Origin: Lytechinus pictus
Lineage: Eukaryota
DNA: 64,000 nucleotides
NCBI RefSeq assembly: GCF_037042905.1
Contig: NW_026974140.1
Coordinates: forward strand, 372,001 to 436,000
Direction: 5' to 3'
Shown here: positions 49,565-61,495 of the stretch, piece after piece
Numbering within the stretch: the first letter of the stretch is position 1
How the letters are laid out: the number at the start of each line of letters is the position of its first letter
Translations under genes and position numbers: made by a program
Notes under the pieces: model-generated
What the model was told of the DNA's origin: nothing
The model's input: the letters and a program-made list of their open reading frames with translations, nothing else
Database searches by the model: none

Positions 49565-50358
49565 TTAAATTCCCTGGAATATGCCGCCACTGGCTATGGT
49601 CTGTGGCACTCTGAACCTCTCCAACCCTCAATGAAACAAATACCTTGAAGTTTCTCGCTCTGCTCTTGATCCATGTTAATGCAATCAGGCTGTCTGTCAT
49701 GAAGATCACCTGGTCCCACTCAATCGTCATCTCAATCTTTAGAGTGGTGTACAATCGGCTGGCCAAGACAGCTGCTTGAAATTCAAGCCATGGATTTGTC
49801 AACTGTTTCAGGGGCGCAACTCTACTATTTGCCGTCAAGAACCGTACTTCACAGTCCCCTTGGAATTTCTGGAGGTTTTACCTCTAGTTTGGCTTCTGCA
49901 GGCCATTCTGTCATTTGTTTACGAAGGAAGTCAGGACCTTGTCTCCATCTGCCATTTGGCTGGTCCGGGCTAACATTAAAAAAATGCCGGCGTCTGTTAC
50001 ATAACACCCCTAGGCATGTAGCCTTGATGTCCCCATGATTTGTCAATGAAAGTTCGGTTTAAGCAAATGCAGAAGCGCAGATGTTCTTGTCATACTGGCA
50101 ATATCCACACTCCCTGTCTGAATCTGTATAAGAAGCAAAGGGTTGTGTTAGGAAAAACACTTATCGCCAGCATTGATTTTCTCATTGCATCTTTTCCTGC
50201 GAATGCATGTCTTCAAGTTATGGCCCTTACCAGCTCTCTTGAAGCAGCTGAATCAAGCCACGTTTTCTTTCATCAGTTGAAATCGCTCTTCTTGGGTTTT
50301 CGAAAGAAATTCCTTGCACTGGTCGACCCAGTGATCAGAAGTCTTACATAACCACCGC

Positions 50359-50655
50359 TTAAAGGGCAAGTTACCCCAGAAAAATGTTGATTCGAATAAA
50401 TAGAGAAAAAACTAACTAGCAGAATGCTGAAAATTTCATCAAAATCGGATGTAGAATAATAAAGTTATGGCATTTTAAAATTTCCCTTATTTTTCACAAA
50501 ACAGTGATATGCACAACTCAGTGACATGCAGATAAGTCAGTCGATGATGTCCATCACGCACTATTTCTTATGTTTTTTTATTGTTTGAATTATACAATAT
50601 TTCATTTTTTACAGATTTGACAATGACGATCAACTTGACTGACCCATATAGTAAT
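50359..50655 (+). mobile_element. Left part of another TTAA-inserted (Kolobok-like) MITE
   Basis: TTAAAGGGCAAGTTACCCC...GAAAATTTCATCAAAATCGG...AAAGTTATG, cut off by LINE C. Confidence 0.55.
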
Positions 50656-50872
50656 CAATGTGACGGCAATGGAGACGGACGTCTAACGTTAGATTCTCGC
50701 GCCCACCCACCTATTTTGTTATATTCCAAATCACTAATTGCCAGTACGTGTGGTTTGCTGGATAACCTAGATCTATATCCACCTCACCCTGTTTACTGGA
50801 ATATTCTGGACCTCTAATTAGATCTACTAGCTTTAAACTTTACTCTCAACTTGCTTCGCGTCGCCTGCCATC

Positions 50873-51775
50873 ATATCTCGTGAGCTTAGACCTCGACCTC
50901 ACGCGGTAGCTGAATCGGCTGGCTCCCGAACGCCACCCGCTCTCCAACCAGCTAAGCCTGCGGTTGCGCCTACGGAAAATTCCGGCCAACGGCCAAACCA
51001 TGAGCCTTCACTGTCTGGGACCAAAGAACCGAGCCGGGCTGACATCATGCGATCTATAAATCGTTTCTCTGATGATGTTTCCGCCAAACTTGACAAGCTG
51101 ACATCTGAAATGACGTCCATCAGGATGAAAGTGATTGAACTAGAAGACGCCGTTACCATGAATTCGACTAAAGTAGCTGAAATTGAGTCGAAAAAAATTC
51201 CACATCTCCAGCAGCGGTTTGAAGATGAAATAAAACACCTTCAATATAAAGTAACCATGGTGGAAATTTCCAATCGAAGAATGAATCTCCTATTTTATGG
51301 CATCGAGGAAAAGCCCAACGAAAATGTACAAGATGTATTGAAGGAAAACATTGCTCATATCGGAATCAGCACATCGGATGTCGACGCCATTCCCATCGTA
51401 AACGCCCATCGCCTCCCAACCCGCCGTACCGGTGAACGCCAAAGGCCCAACGCGATTATTGCGAAGTTCGTCTACATGTCAGATCGCAACAAAATTCTAC
51501 AGACTTGTAATGATCTACAGCACCAGAACCAGCGCGATTGTAGACAAGGAGTAGCATCTGGAAGCGGCGCAGTTTCCGTAGATCGTCGCACTACCGTAAC
51601 AGTTCGCACGGATCTTCCTCCAGCCCTTAAGATTCAACGGGGAATCCTCGACACGAAAGCTTATGAGCTTAGGAAGAGAAACAATCTGTCGACAAAAATC
51701 ATTGTCAACGGCGCCAAAGTCCAGCTACTATGGAAAGAGAGAAACACAACAGCATGGCATACCTACCAGGACTGA
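50873..51775 (+). CDS. LINE C ORF1p, frame open; probable start codon ATG>ATA at 50873 (first ATG 51047)
   Basis: In-frame upstream extension ISRELRPRPH. RRMNLLFYGI, NAHRLP, IIAKFVYM, VRTDLPP, WHTYQD*. Confidence 0.8.
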   Translation: MSRELRPRPHAVAESAGSRTPPALQPAKPAVAPTENSGQRPNHEPSLSGTKEPSRADIMRSINRFSDDVSAKLDKLTSEMTSIRMKVIELEDAVTMNSTKVAEIESKKIPHLQQRFEDEIKHLQYKVTMVEISNRRMNLLFYGIEEKPNENVQDVLKENIAHIGISTSDVDAIPIVNAHRLPTRRTGERQRPNAIIAKFVYMSDRNKILQTCNDLQHQNQRDCRQGVASGSGAVSVDRRTTVTVRTDLPPALKIQRGILDTKAYELRKRNNLSTKIIVNGAKVQLLWKERNTTAWHTYQD

Positions 51776-54700
51776 ACAGCTATGACAAGGTGACCAGTAC
51801 TTTACCCATTCCTACCATAGTTTGATAATGTTGTCTTCTTGTTTTCCATACATACAGTGATTTACCATGGACCCTAGGATCCATGGGTTTGCTGATGGAT
51901 TGCTCACAGATGATTCATAACAAATTGTACTTCACCTGATGATTGTAGTGTTGTGACAAAAAAACTATTGGCATCGTATTGCAAATTGTTCACCATGTCT
52001 CATACAAGGACAAAAATATAAATATTTCCTTGTAAATCCTCAGAATGGATATGATTGGATATTTGTTCTTACTGGTATGGAAGACCAAATCTCTTTATTG
52101 ACAAAAGGAACTATATTTGATAGAAATTTGTTTCCTTCTTTTCCATATGTTTCTGTCTAAAGGACTGCATACAGAAGTGTGGCAAATGTGGGTTGTATAC
52201 TGAAAAAACTGCATGGAGTGTCATCTTAATGCAAACTGACACCAAATCCCACCAATTTCATATGATACAGAAATGATCTTACCCTCAACACTTTGTTTCC
52301 TGACATGTGTAGTGGCATAGTTTCCATACTAATAAATGACTGAATATTTTATTAGCATGGAATACCAGATCTTTTTAATTTGTGAAAAGCACTGTAGTTG
52401 TTGTAAACTTTGTCTTTTCCTTTTTTTTATCATTGTTGATAAAAATATTACCTTATACAGTATGTACAAAAATGATCTTTTCAAATTTCAACATTTCAAC
52501 ATTAGTATGTGAAGCCTGATCTCTCTCGCACCATAGTTGACCTGTTCTGTTCATCGTGGTCTCTACTTGTCATAGGATGCACTCAAACTATTACTAAGTT
52601 TTACTACATACATGAAAAGGCATAATCCACAGGCTTACTGATTTGTGTTCTAAACTGTGATGACATGGGTTCTTTTGTACAGACAAAACTGCTTGGATAA
52701 GCATTTTGCTGCTAAGCAAAGCCAAATTTCAACAATTTCATATCAAGGAAAAATGATCTTGTCCATAGTACTTTATCTTTTCCCGATATGGATAGTGCCT
52801 TACTTTCCATACTGATGTAAAAATTGATATGTTGGCTGGTAGGAATACCCAATATGCTTAATTTTTGAAAGACACTAAAGTTGATATAACTTGATTTTTT
52901 TTTCCGTATGGTTTTGTCTAAAAGGCCGCAAACTGTTGTGACAAGTATGGGTTTATGTATACTGACAATACTGCATGGAATTTCATCTTGCAAGCTGACA
53001 CCTAATCCCACCAATTTTATATGATACAGAAATGATCTTATCCTAATAACACTTTGTTTACTGACATGGATAGTGGCATACTTTCCATACTAATGTAAAT
53101 TTTATTTTATTAGCACGGACTACCAGATCTCTTTAATTTTTGAAAAGCACTGTAGTTGTTGTTAACTTTGTCTTGTCTTTTTTTCACAAAATATTTGTTT
53201 CTAATAGTATACATACATGAACCAACTTTCTGTGGGAAATATTGGTTTTGTGCATTTACCATTTGTAGTAAATTTGAAACTGCCAATCAACACCAACTTC
53301 ATCATTGTTCATAAAAATATTACTTTATACAGTATGCACAAAAATGATCTTTTCAAAATCTCAACATTACTTCATGCTTTCTTATAAGTAAACTATATTC
53401 AATATCTTGTTAGTATGGAAAGCCTGATCTCTTTAGCACCATATTTGACCTGTTCTGTTCATCGTGGTCTCTACTTGTCATAGGCTGCACTCAAACTATT
53501 ACTAAATTTTACTACATACATGAAAAGGCATAATCCACAGGCTTACTGATTTTGTGTTCTAAATTGTGATGACATGGTTTCTTTTGTACAGACAAAACTG
53601 CATGGATTAGCATTTTGCTGCTAAGCAAAGTCAAATTTCATTAATTTCAGAATTATATGGGGGAAAAAAGATTTTGTCCATAGTACTTTATATTTTTCTC
53701 GATATGGGTAGAGCATTACTTTCTATACCGATGTAGAACTTAATATTTTGACTGGTATGGAATACGCAATCTGCTTAATTTTTGAAAAACTTGTTATAAC
53801 TTTTTTTTTTTTCCGTACGGTTTTGTCTAAAAGGCTGCAAACTGTTGTGATAAGTGTGGGTTTTTTGTACAAGCCTGCTGGTAAAACTGCATGGAATGTC
53901 ATCTTACTACAAACTAACAGCAAATTTTATCAATTTCATATAATTATGATCAAGAAATGATCTTGTCCACAAAACATACTGTTTTCTGATATCGATATTG
54001 GTTTACTTTCCATTCTAAAGTATGACTAGTCATTGTTATTATTATATCATGAATCTTTAAGTCACTTTTTTGATATAGATTTGTCCTTATTTCATACGGT
54101 TTTGTCTTCTCTAGCTAAAGTCTGGAGACAATCTGTAGGCTATTAATGTATAAAATATGCAACAACAAATCTGTAGAGATGTTACGCATCTTATATTTCT
54201 TTTTTATTATATGGTCTTATTTAGACAAAAAATGATCCTACCCATATTACTTTACGGTTTATTGATGTTGATAATGATCAAGAGTCATGTAATTACGTTT
54301 GACTTACTTGTTATGGAAAACTTTATCTATTTATTTCCTTATATACACACTGTAGTTGATATAGCACCAGTTTCCATTGATTTCATGTAGGCCTGTTGTT
54401 AATTTAAGATCTTATCTACAATATTTGGTCTAACCATAGTTTTACAACTTTTTTTCTTTCTTTATATACGGCTAGTTCTGTATCAATTACATATTCATTG
54501 ATATTTTTGGAGTTATATTTTCTTCCTCAATTCACTTAGGTTGCAACTGTGAGTTTTCATTTAAAATCTATGACCACTACTGTTATCTTATTTGGTATTA
54601 TTTCTGTAATACATTGTAACGCATCTGAATATTCAATGTTTTACATAAAGTCATTAAAGAAAACCATATTCCATTTTCTTTCTGAATGGAATTTGTTTTG

Positions 54701-54907
54701 TATTTTTACTGTCAACTCCCCTTGCATTCCTTGTTGCGAGCCAGCCTGGTATTTACATAGTTATTTTCTTTCAGAAAGTTACATATGCTCTCTTTTGTAC
54801 ACACATGTTCTAATGATTTGTATTAGCTCCATGGTCCAACCCGTTTTGTACAAGCTATTGATGTTGATTCCACCTATTTCAATCCCAACTCTCAACCGGT
54901 TCTTTTC
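51776..54907 (+). repeat. LINE C inter-ORF spacer with nested degenerate repeats
   Basis: AAATGATCTT / ACTTTCCATACT units recur. ~52430-52990 is nearly duplicated at ~53300-53910. Confidence 0.75.
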
Positions 54908-56074
54908 ATGATCAATTACCCCATTGATACAAATATTGCTTCTTTGGCAAACCACGATCCTGAAATTCTTTCTCCCTCATATCATATAGTCGATTTGACA
55001 GTCCCATAGGCTCAATACACCAACCTAGAAATGTTCTTTCCGATGAAGTTTTTTTCTTGAAACGTGTTCCTATTGGGTCCTAGACCAAATTCAGCTTGGT
55101 TGCCCAAAGTTGCCGTTTGGGCAATTTTGCTAATTTGCATAAATCCAAAATGGCGGCCACATGCCATCTTAAAGACTTAACTTTTGAACCCCTTGCCCCC
55201 AAATGATGAGTAAAGACTCTTTTTAGAGGTTTAGGGGGATGTAGAATCGATTTATTTTATAATGTTTGCAATATAAGGTCATCTTCAGGTCAAATCCAAG
55301 ATGGCCGCCAGATGCCATCTTGAAAAATTGACCTTTGATCTCTTTGCCCCAGAATGACGAGTAATACCTCTGTTTAGGGGTTTTGGGGTGTGTAGAATCT
55401 CTTTCCGCTATCTATTTTGCAATATAATGTCATCTTCAGGTCAAATCCAAAATGGCCGCCAGATGAAGCCATTTTGAAAAAAAAACCTTTTGAACCCTTT
55501 GTCCAAGAATCATGAATAATACCTCTTTTCGTGTGTTATTTGATGTTGATTCCATTTCTGGTAATAATATTGCAATATAGGATCATTCAGATAAAAAAAA
55601 AGATGGCCGCTAAACGCCATATTAAAAAAAAAACTTCCCGAGACTATTGAACTTTGAACCTTGAAGATACTCTCCCCAAAAAGTACACGCTGTCCTAAAG
55701 AGGGTTACTATTATGTGTATGAGCTCATGGAAGGGTATTTCAGTAAGAATGATTAATTTATTTTAATTTCTCCACTTTTAGTGGTCAAGTCAGGTCTCAG
55801 ATGATCAGATGGTTGATATATTTCGGCATTAACCGCTCACCTTAGAATGGAACCATTCAAGGTTTGGGCTATGACCCATTTCGGGAGTTCTCATCATTTT
55901 TTTTATGTCCAGCCATATTTCTATATTGAAATGACTTAAAAGTAGGCCCTATTATTTTTTATTAAAAAGTGATAAATCCGTATTTTTCAGAAAATTGGTT
56001 AACTTATTACCTTCCTTTATAATAATCACTGGACTATTCGTCCTGACAAAAGTCTTTGACTTGGTCAGCACGAG

Positions 56075-57252
56075 TGCACTTTTTAGCCTCCTGTAGAAGA
56101 TAGGCTCCCCAAGACTGATCCATGGTCACATCATTACATGAGCACAGTTTGCTACAATGCTGGAACATCTGGTAGCTTCCCTCAATTCCTGTGAGCAGTG
56201 GCGTGAAGCAATTATGCTGTGCCTGGCCCTGACACTCATTGGGATCTTCTTCTTCATGCTCCCTCAGTATGCATTTGGCGGATGCAGAGAAAGCATCTAC
56301 ATGTATATCCGTACCAGAGCAGATGGGAAACTTTTCAACATCGACCGGCTTCGTGCCAAAACAATGGTCACGATGGTTCTCATTCGTAAGATGTTGTACG
56401 GTAACGACGTGACGTCGCCCTGCCTTTTTATAAAGAAGCGGACGTAGTAGGCCTACAAGACCTAGCAATACAGCCACCTGTCCTGTGCATGTAAGGAGTT
56501 TGGATCACCCATCAGCCTGTAAGACAGAAATCCTGATAGACTCAAGACACTGACTGTCCTCCAGATATCTCTATCAACAGCACGCACTCGTCTGGTTGTG
56601 GTGGACTCCTCACCTACCTTAGATTGACTATCTGTCTCTAGTTCCCTTTCACTGGACAAGGAGATAAGCACCAGGATGGGAATATCTGTCACAGCCATGG
56701 CCAAGCTCCTGAACGGAAATAAGTCCTCGAAAACGTACGCCGATCAATAAAAGCGGCTGAACACCTTCCATGTCAGCTGCCTCGGACGTATCCTGCACAT
56801 GAAATGGCAGGACAGAGTGAAAAATATAAGGCACTTCAGCGTACGTGCATGCTGTCATCACCAGCTTATTCTCGATTCTTAGTGAAAGGTGCCTCAAGTG
56901 GTTGGGGCATGTTCGCCGCATGAAACTTTGGCAAATCCTAGAAGGGATTCACCAATGTAAGGTGAGCTATGTGATTGGTCTCTAGATAGATCACACCTCT
57001 GATATAAACACATCTGCAAACGTGACATAAAACTTGGCCGGCATAAACACTAACACTTTTGAAGATGTAGATGATAGTCGTCATCTATGGAGAGCTACTA
57101 AGTACAGGGGTCAATACGTCAGAAAATAATCAGAATGCTACATTGGCACTTGGCAGGCCAAAGACCAAGGAGGAAGGCTAGGGCAGCATCACTATCTGAA
57201 CCTGTTTCAGCGCCATCCTCCTTCATCTGTACAAATTTGCTTTAGAGACTGC
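56075..57252 (+). mobile_element. Decayed RTE (BovB-like) LINE fragment
   Basis: LALTLIGIFFFML..YAF...TRADGKLFNIDRLRAKT..TMVLIRKMLYGNDV, plus WLGHVRRM. Confidence 0.85.
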
Positions 57253-58235
57253 CTTCTTCTTCTTCTGTATCCTTCCTCCGCTGTATCGGAGATCCGCAGT
57301 TTAATACTGCATTAATATTAGCGTTACATATTTTGACGTGAGAGTAAGGTAGACCGAGAGAGGTAAATCTTATGCAAGAAATTTAAGACAAGTAGGTTGA
57401 GGTCGTTTCTGGAGGAGTCTGCTAATTCGACGTCATGAAGAAACAGGACGGAAGCGGTAAATTGTTGAGGTTCTTGATCATTGAAATGCACAAAAAAATA
57501 CTGCAGTTCCTCGTCTTCTTTTATTAAGTTTAGAAGTGTTTTCCTGTGTGTGCAAAACGCTGGGCATTCTCCAACAAAATGTACAACACTTTCCAGTTCG
57601 GAGTGGCAGAACTTGCAGGACTTTGTGGTACTTTGATTCAGAGAGAATAACCTTCTATTCGTTGGGTATGTACTGCAGGATAATTGAGCTCTGATGGACA
57701 TAGCTTCCCTCAGGAGAGGGTCATGCCCGACCATAGACTTAGAGAAGATTTTTTAGCAATTGCAATTTCAAGGGCAGCATAGTGTTGTTTATACATTTTT
57801 CCCAGTGCTAGCTTCTTCCATACTTGATATGGAATGTGATCTCTAAGGATGTTAGTGAGACTTGGAAGCTCATAACTATTGAGGATTTTTATCCAGCGTC
57901 TTACCAAGGGTGTATTGTATGCTATACCATTCAACAGGATTCTTCTCTCAGTGCGCTCGTCTGAAAGGCTTGCATATTGCCCAAGTAAGAGAAGAATTTC
58001 ATAGTCGATTCGCTTATCCATTGGGATGATATCGAGCAATAAATAAACAATTTCGTCCGCCGCACTCCTTGGCAAACCAAGCACACTTTTAAAAAGAAAT
58101 GTTTGAGCCTTGTTCAAACGGGACAGCATGTAGTTGGTGAGTTGAATAATCTGAATCCCATATAGCATTCTTGGTATGCAGAACATTTTCCAAAGATGAG
58201 TACATATTGGTGGCAGCAGGCGTAGAGTTCCTTGC
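57253..58235 (-). mobile_element. 5'-truncated RTEX-like LINE with (GAA)n tail
   Basis: IPRMLYG, LGLPRS, C-terminal CKFCHSELESVVHFVGECPAF zinc motif. Tail CTTCTTCTTCTTC at 57253-57265 on +. Confidence 0.75.
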
Positions 58236-58643
58236 TTGGTTACAGTGAGAGAGAAGAAGGTGTTATATACAAAGGTATTGCTCATCATTCTGGGGCAAGG
58301 GGTTCAAATTCAAGTTTACAAGATGGCATCTGGCGGCCATATTGGATTTGACCTGAAGATGACCTTATATTGCAAAAATAATAATAGAAATGGATTCGAC
58401 ACACACCTAAACCCATAAAAGGAGTTCTTCCTCATCATTTTAGGGCAAGGGGTTCAAAAGTTAGTTTTTTAAGATGGCATGTGGCGGCCATTGTGGATTT
58501 ATGCAAATTAGCAAAATTGCCCAAACGGCAACTTTGGGCAACCAAGCTGAATTTGTTCTAGGACCCCATAGGAACACAAATCAAGTAAAAAACTTCATCG
58601 GAAAAAACATTTCTAGGTTCGGAAAGTGTCAAATCGACTAATA

Positions 58644-61289
58644 GTGCAGTAAGCAGTATTAATCAACTTAACAACGAAATGCCTGAGTTCCAACTTGACT
58701 CAGATGAAAATTTTGTGAATAACTTGTCTTCTAACTATTATCTTTCAAGCCAATTATCTGAGAACACTTTTGCCAGGTGCCCAAGTACACTCTCTCTACT
58801 ACACCACAATGCACGTAGCCTCAACAAAAACTTCGACCCATTCCAATTATTCATCAATGATTTAGATGTAAATCTTTCGATTATCGGACTTTGTGAAACC
58901 TGGTTTACTGACTCGCCCACATCAATACATTCAATAGAAGGGTTCAAGCTTATTTGCAACAATAGGGTAGGCAAATCAGGAGGCGGTGTCGCATTTAATT
59001 TATCTGATAAGCTAGTTTTTTTTATACTAGACCTGAATTAACATACATGACTCAAGATATAGAATGTATTTTCTTTGAATTGAATTGTGATAAAAACATT
59101 ATCATATATGAAATGTATAGACCTCCAAATGCTGATTCCTCACAGTTTATATCTAAACTTCAGTCTATCTTGTCCTCACCTATCATCAGTAACAAACCGT
59201 GCTTTATCATGGGAGACTTCAATATATCCACTTATTTCAATATCACCAAAATTAAAATTGCATAGACTTTGTCGAGATCTCACTCACACATTCATTCGCT
59301 ACGGCCATCAGGAGGCCCACTAGAGTTACTGATAACTCGTCAACCCTAATAGACAATATCTTTACAAATATACATTCTCCTTCCCTTTCTGGAATTATTG
59401 TCTCTGATCTATCTAATAATTTTCCCAATATTTTCCTTCATATCAAACATGAAACATTCCTCTCCACCAAAAAAATTTAAATAAAAAAAAATTATCTGAG
59501 TACAACATTAATAGATTTAAAGAAAGTCTTTCAGTTATTAGCTGGCAACCGATACTTAATCTCGAAGATTACAACCTAGCTTTTGATAAATTTATTGATA
59601 TATTATTTGAATCACTTGATACCACCATACCCCTTCAATGCTCTGCTCGTCGAAACTATAAGAAGATACCCAGATCACCCTGGATTTTCAAAGGTTTACT
59701 TAGGTCTATAAAAAAGAAAAACAAATTATTCTGCAAATACAAAGCAAATCTTAGCGAAACTAAAAAAAATGAGAAACAAACTTTACAGGAATAAGTTAAC
59801 TTTTACTCTACGTATGGCAAAAGAACAATACTTTTCAAATCAATTCTCTTTATGTAGATCTAACATTGCTGGTACGTGGAAAATATTTAATAAGGTTTTA
59901 AATAAAACAAATAATGATAGTCATGATTTGAACGACATGCAGTTTGAAGGCGCATGCATTGACGATCAGACTAGCATTGCCAACGCATTCAATTCATTCT
60001 TTGTTAACATAGGACATAATCTTGCAGAAAACATACCTACTCCCAATTCCCCCTTTCATTCTTTCCTACGTAACAAAATTGTTCATAGTTTATTTTTCCT
60101 TCCTGTTCAAGAAATTGAGATTATTGATATTGTAAGCAACCTGAAGCTTAAGAAAAGCCCTGGATATGACGGTGTAACAAATTCCTTATTAAAAAAGTCA
60201 TTTGCCAAATAGTCTGTCCATTATTAACACATCATTATATTTAATTTATCTTTAACAACTGGCTCGGTTCCAAAGAAAATGAAGATTTCCAAGGTCATAC
60301 CTATTTCTAAGAAAGGCAATGAACATGACATAGGAAATTATCGCCCTATATCACTTTTAATCAGATTTTTCAAGATACTAGAAAAATTTGTCTACTCTCG
60401 CCTCTTTGATTTTTTAAATAGCAATAATGTGCTTTATGGTTCTCAGTTTGGTTTCCGCAGACAACATTCAACAACACATGCCCTTTTCTTATTCATCAAT
60501 AAAATTGCCAGAGCTATTGACAGCAAGTTACATACTGTGGGTATTTTTCTGGACCTCTCCAAGGCCTTCGATACCATTAACCATGATATTTTGCTATACA
60601 AGTTGTCTCCCTACGGAATTCGATGAAAGGCCCTCGAGTGGTTCAGGGACTACCTTCATGATAGACAACAATATGTTTATATTAATGGTGTTGAATCAAC
60701 CCCTCAAACCATTAGATGTGGAGTCCCACAGGTTCATTATTAGGCCCGCTCCTCTTTATTTTATATATCAATGATTTCCAGAACTCCTCGTCAGTGTTAT
60801 CTTTTTTTTTTTTTTGCTGACGGCTCCATTAATACTGAACTAACAGCTGTTTTTTATTTGATACAGGCAAATAAATTGCCCCTTAACGTTGATAAAACTA
60901 ATTTTATGCTATTCAGCAACTCGGTTTCCACTTTACCCGGTAGTATACTTATAAATAATAAAAACATCTCCCAGGTTGATACTACCAAATTTTTAGGTAT
61001 ATATATCGACAGTAAGCTAACATGGCGGATACAGATTGATTCCTTATGTAAAATATTATCTAGTAACACTAGTGTGATAAACAAACTGAAACACTTTGTA
61101 CCCTTTCATGCGTTGCGTATACTTTATTCTGCTCTAATCTTGCCCTACATCAATTACTGTATTCTAACATGGGGTAATAGCTCCAAAACCCTCTTGGATA
61201 AAATCAACATTGTCAAAAAGCGTGTTGTAAGAATAATCAATAACGCTGGATTTCGTGCTCATACAAACAACCTTCTTTATATTTTTTAA
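58644..61289 (+). pseudogene. LINE C ORF2 (APE-RT), heavily disrupted; N-terminal part at 54908-54986
   Basis: LLHHNARSL, GLCETW, MYRPP, MGDFN, NYRPISLL, QFGFR, DLSKAFDTINH, GVPQ, FAD. Confidence 0.9.
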
Positions 61290-61495
61290 TTTCATTATTT
61301 TCTGTTAACTTGATGCCTTTCGATATATTTTGTGTAAAACAATCTATGTTGTAAATATGTATTCCGTTTCCACATTTGTTCGCTCAAAGTAACAACTTAT
61401 ATTTTCTCCCAATGGGAGCCTAATTTTCTACAAGCTCTGCTTTTTATTTAGGCTCCTCACTTTTTTTTACATTTTGTAGTGTACCTTATGTTTAA

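Larger units (their letters stand above)
47074..50357 (-). mobile_element. Deleted BEL/Pao LTR retrotransposon internal region
   Basis: Gag zinc knuckles (CKTSDHWVDQCKEF...SCFKRAGKGHNLKTC...C...HNPLL, ~50130-50350). RNase H (SRVAPLKQLT, TDSLIALTWI, WRHIPGNLNVSDELSRG). Integrase (HEDGH, WIL, CTTC, LFTCLNTRAVHLE, PTAPHQNG). Confidence 0.9.
54987..58640. mobile_element. Academ-like TIR element (3-bp TSD ATA) carrying RTE and RTEX-like fragments
   Basis: TAGTCGATTTGACA / TGTCAAATCGACTA termini, ~300-bp subterminal IRs with repeated AAGATGGC motifs. Excision with TSD ATA restores the LINE C ORF2 frame. Confidence 0.85.
50660..61491 (+). mobile_element. LINE C: L2/CR1-group element with a nested insertion in the ORF2 N-terminus
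   Basis: ORF1 50873-51775, spacer to 54907, ORF2 54908-54986 + 58644-61289, 3'UTR hairpin 61415-61456. 3' end interrupted at TTAA 61492. Confidence 0.82.
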
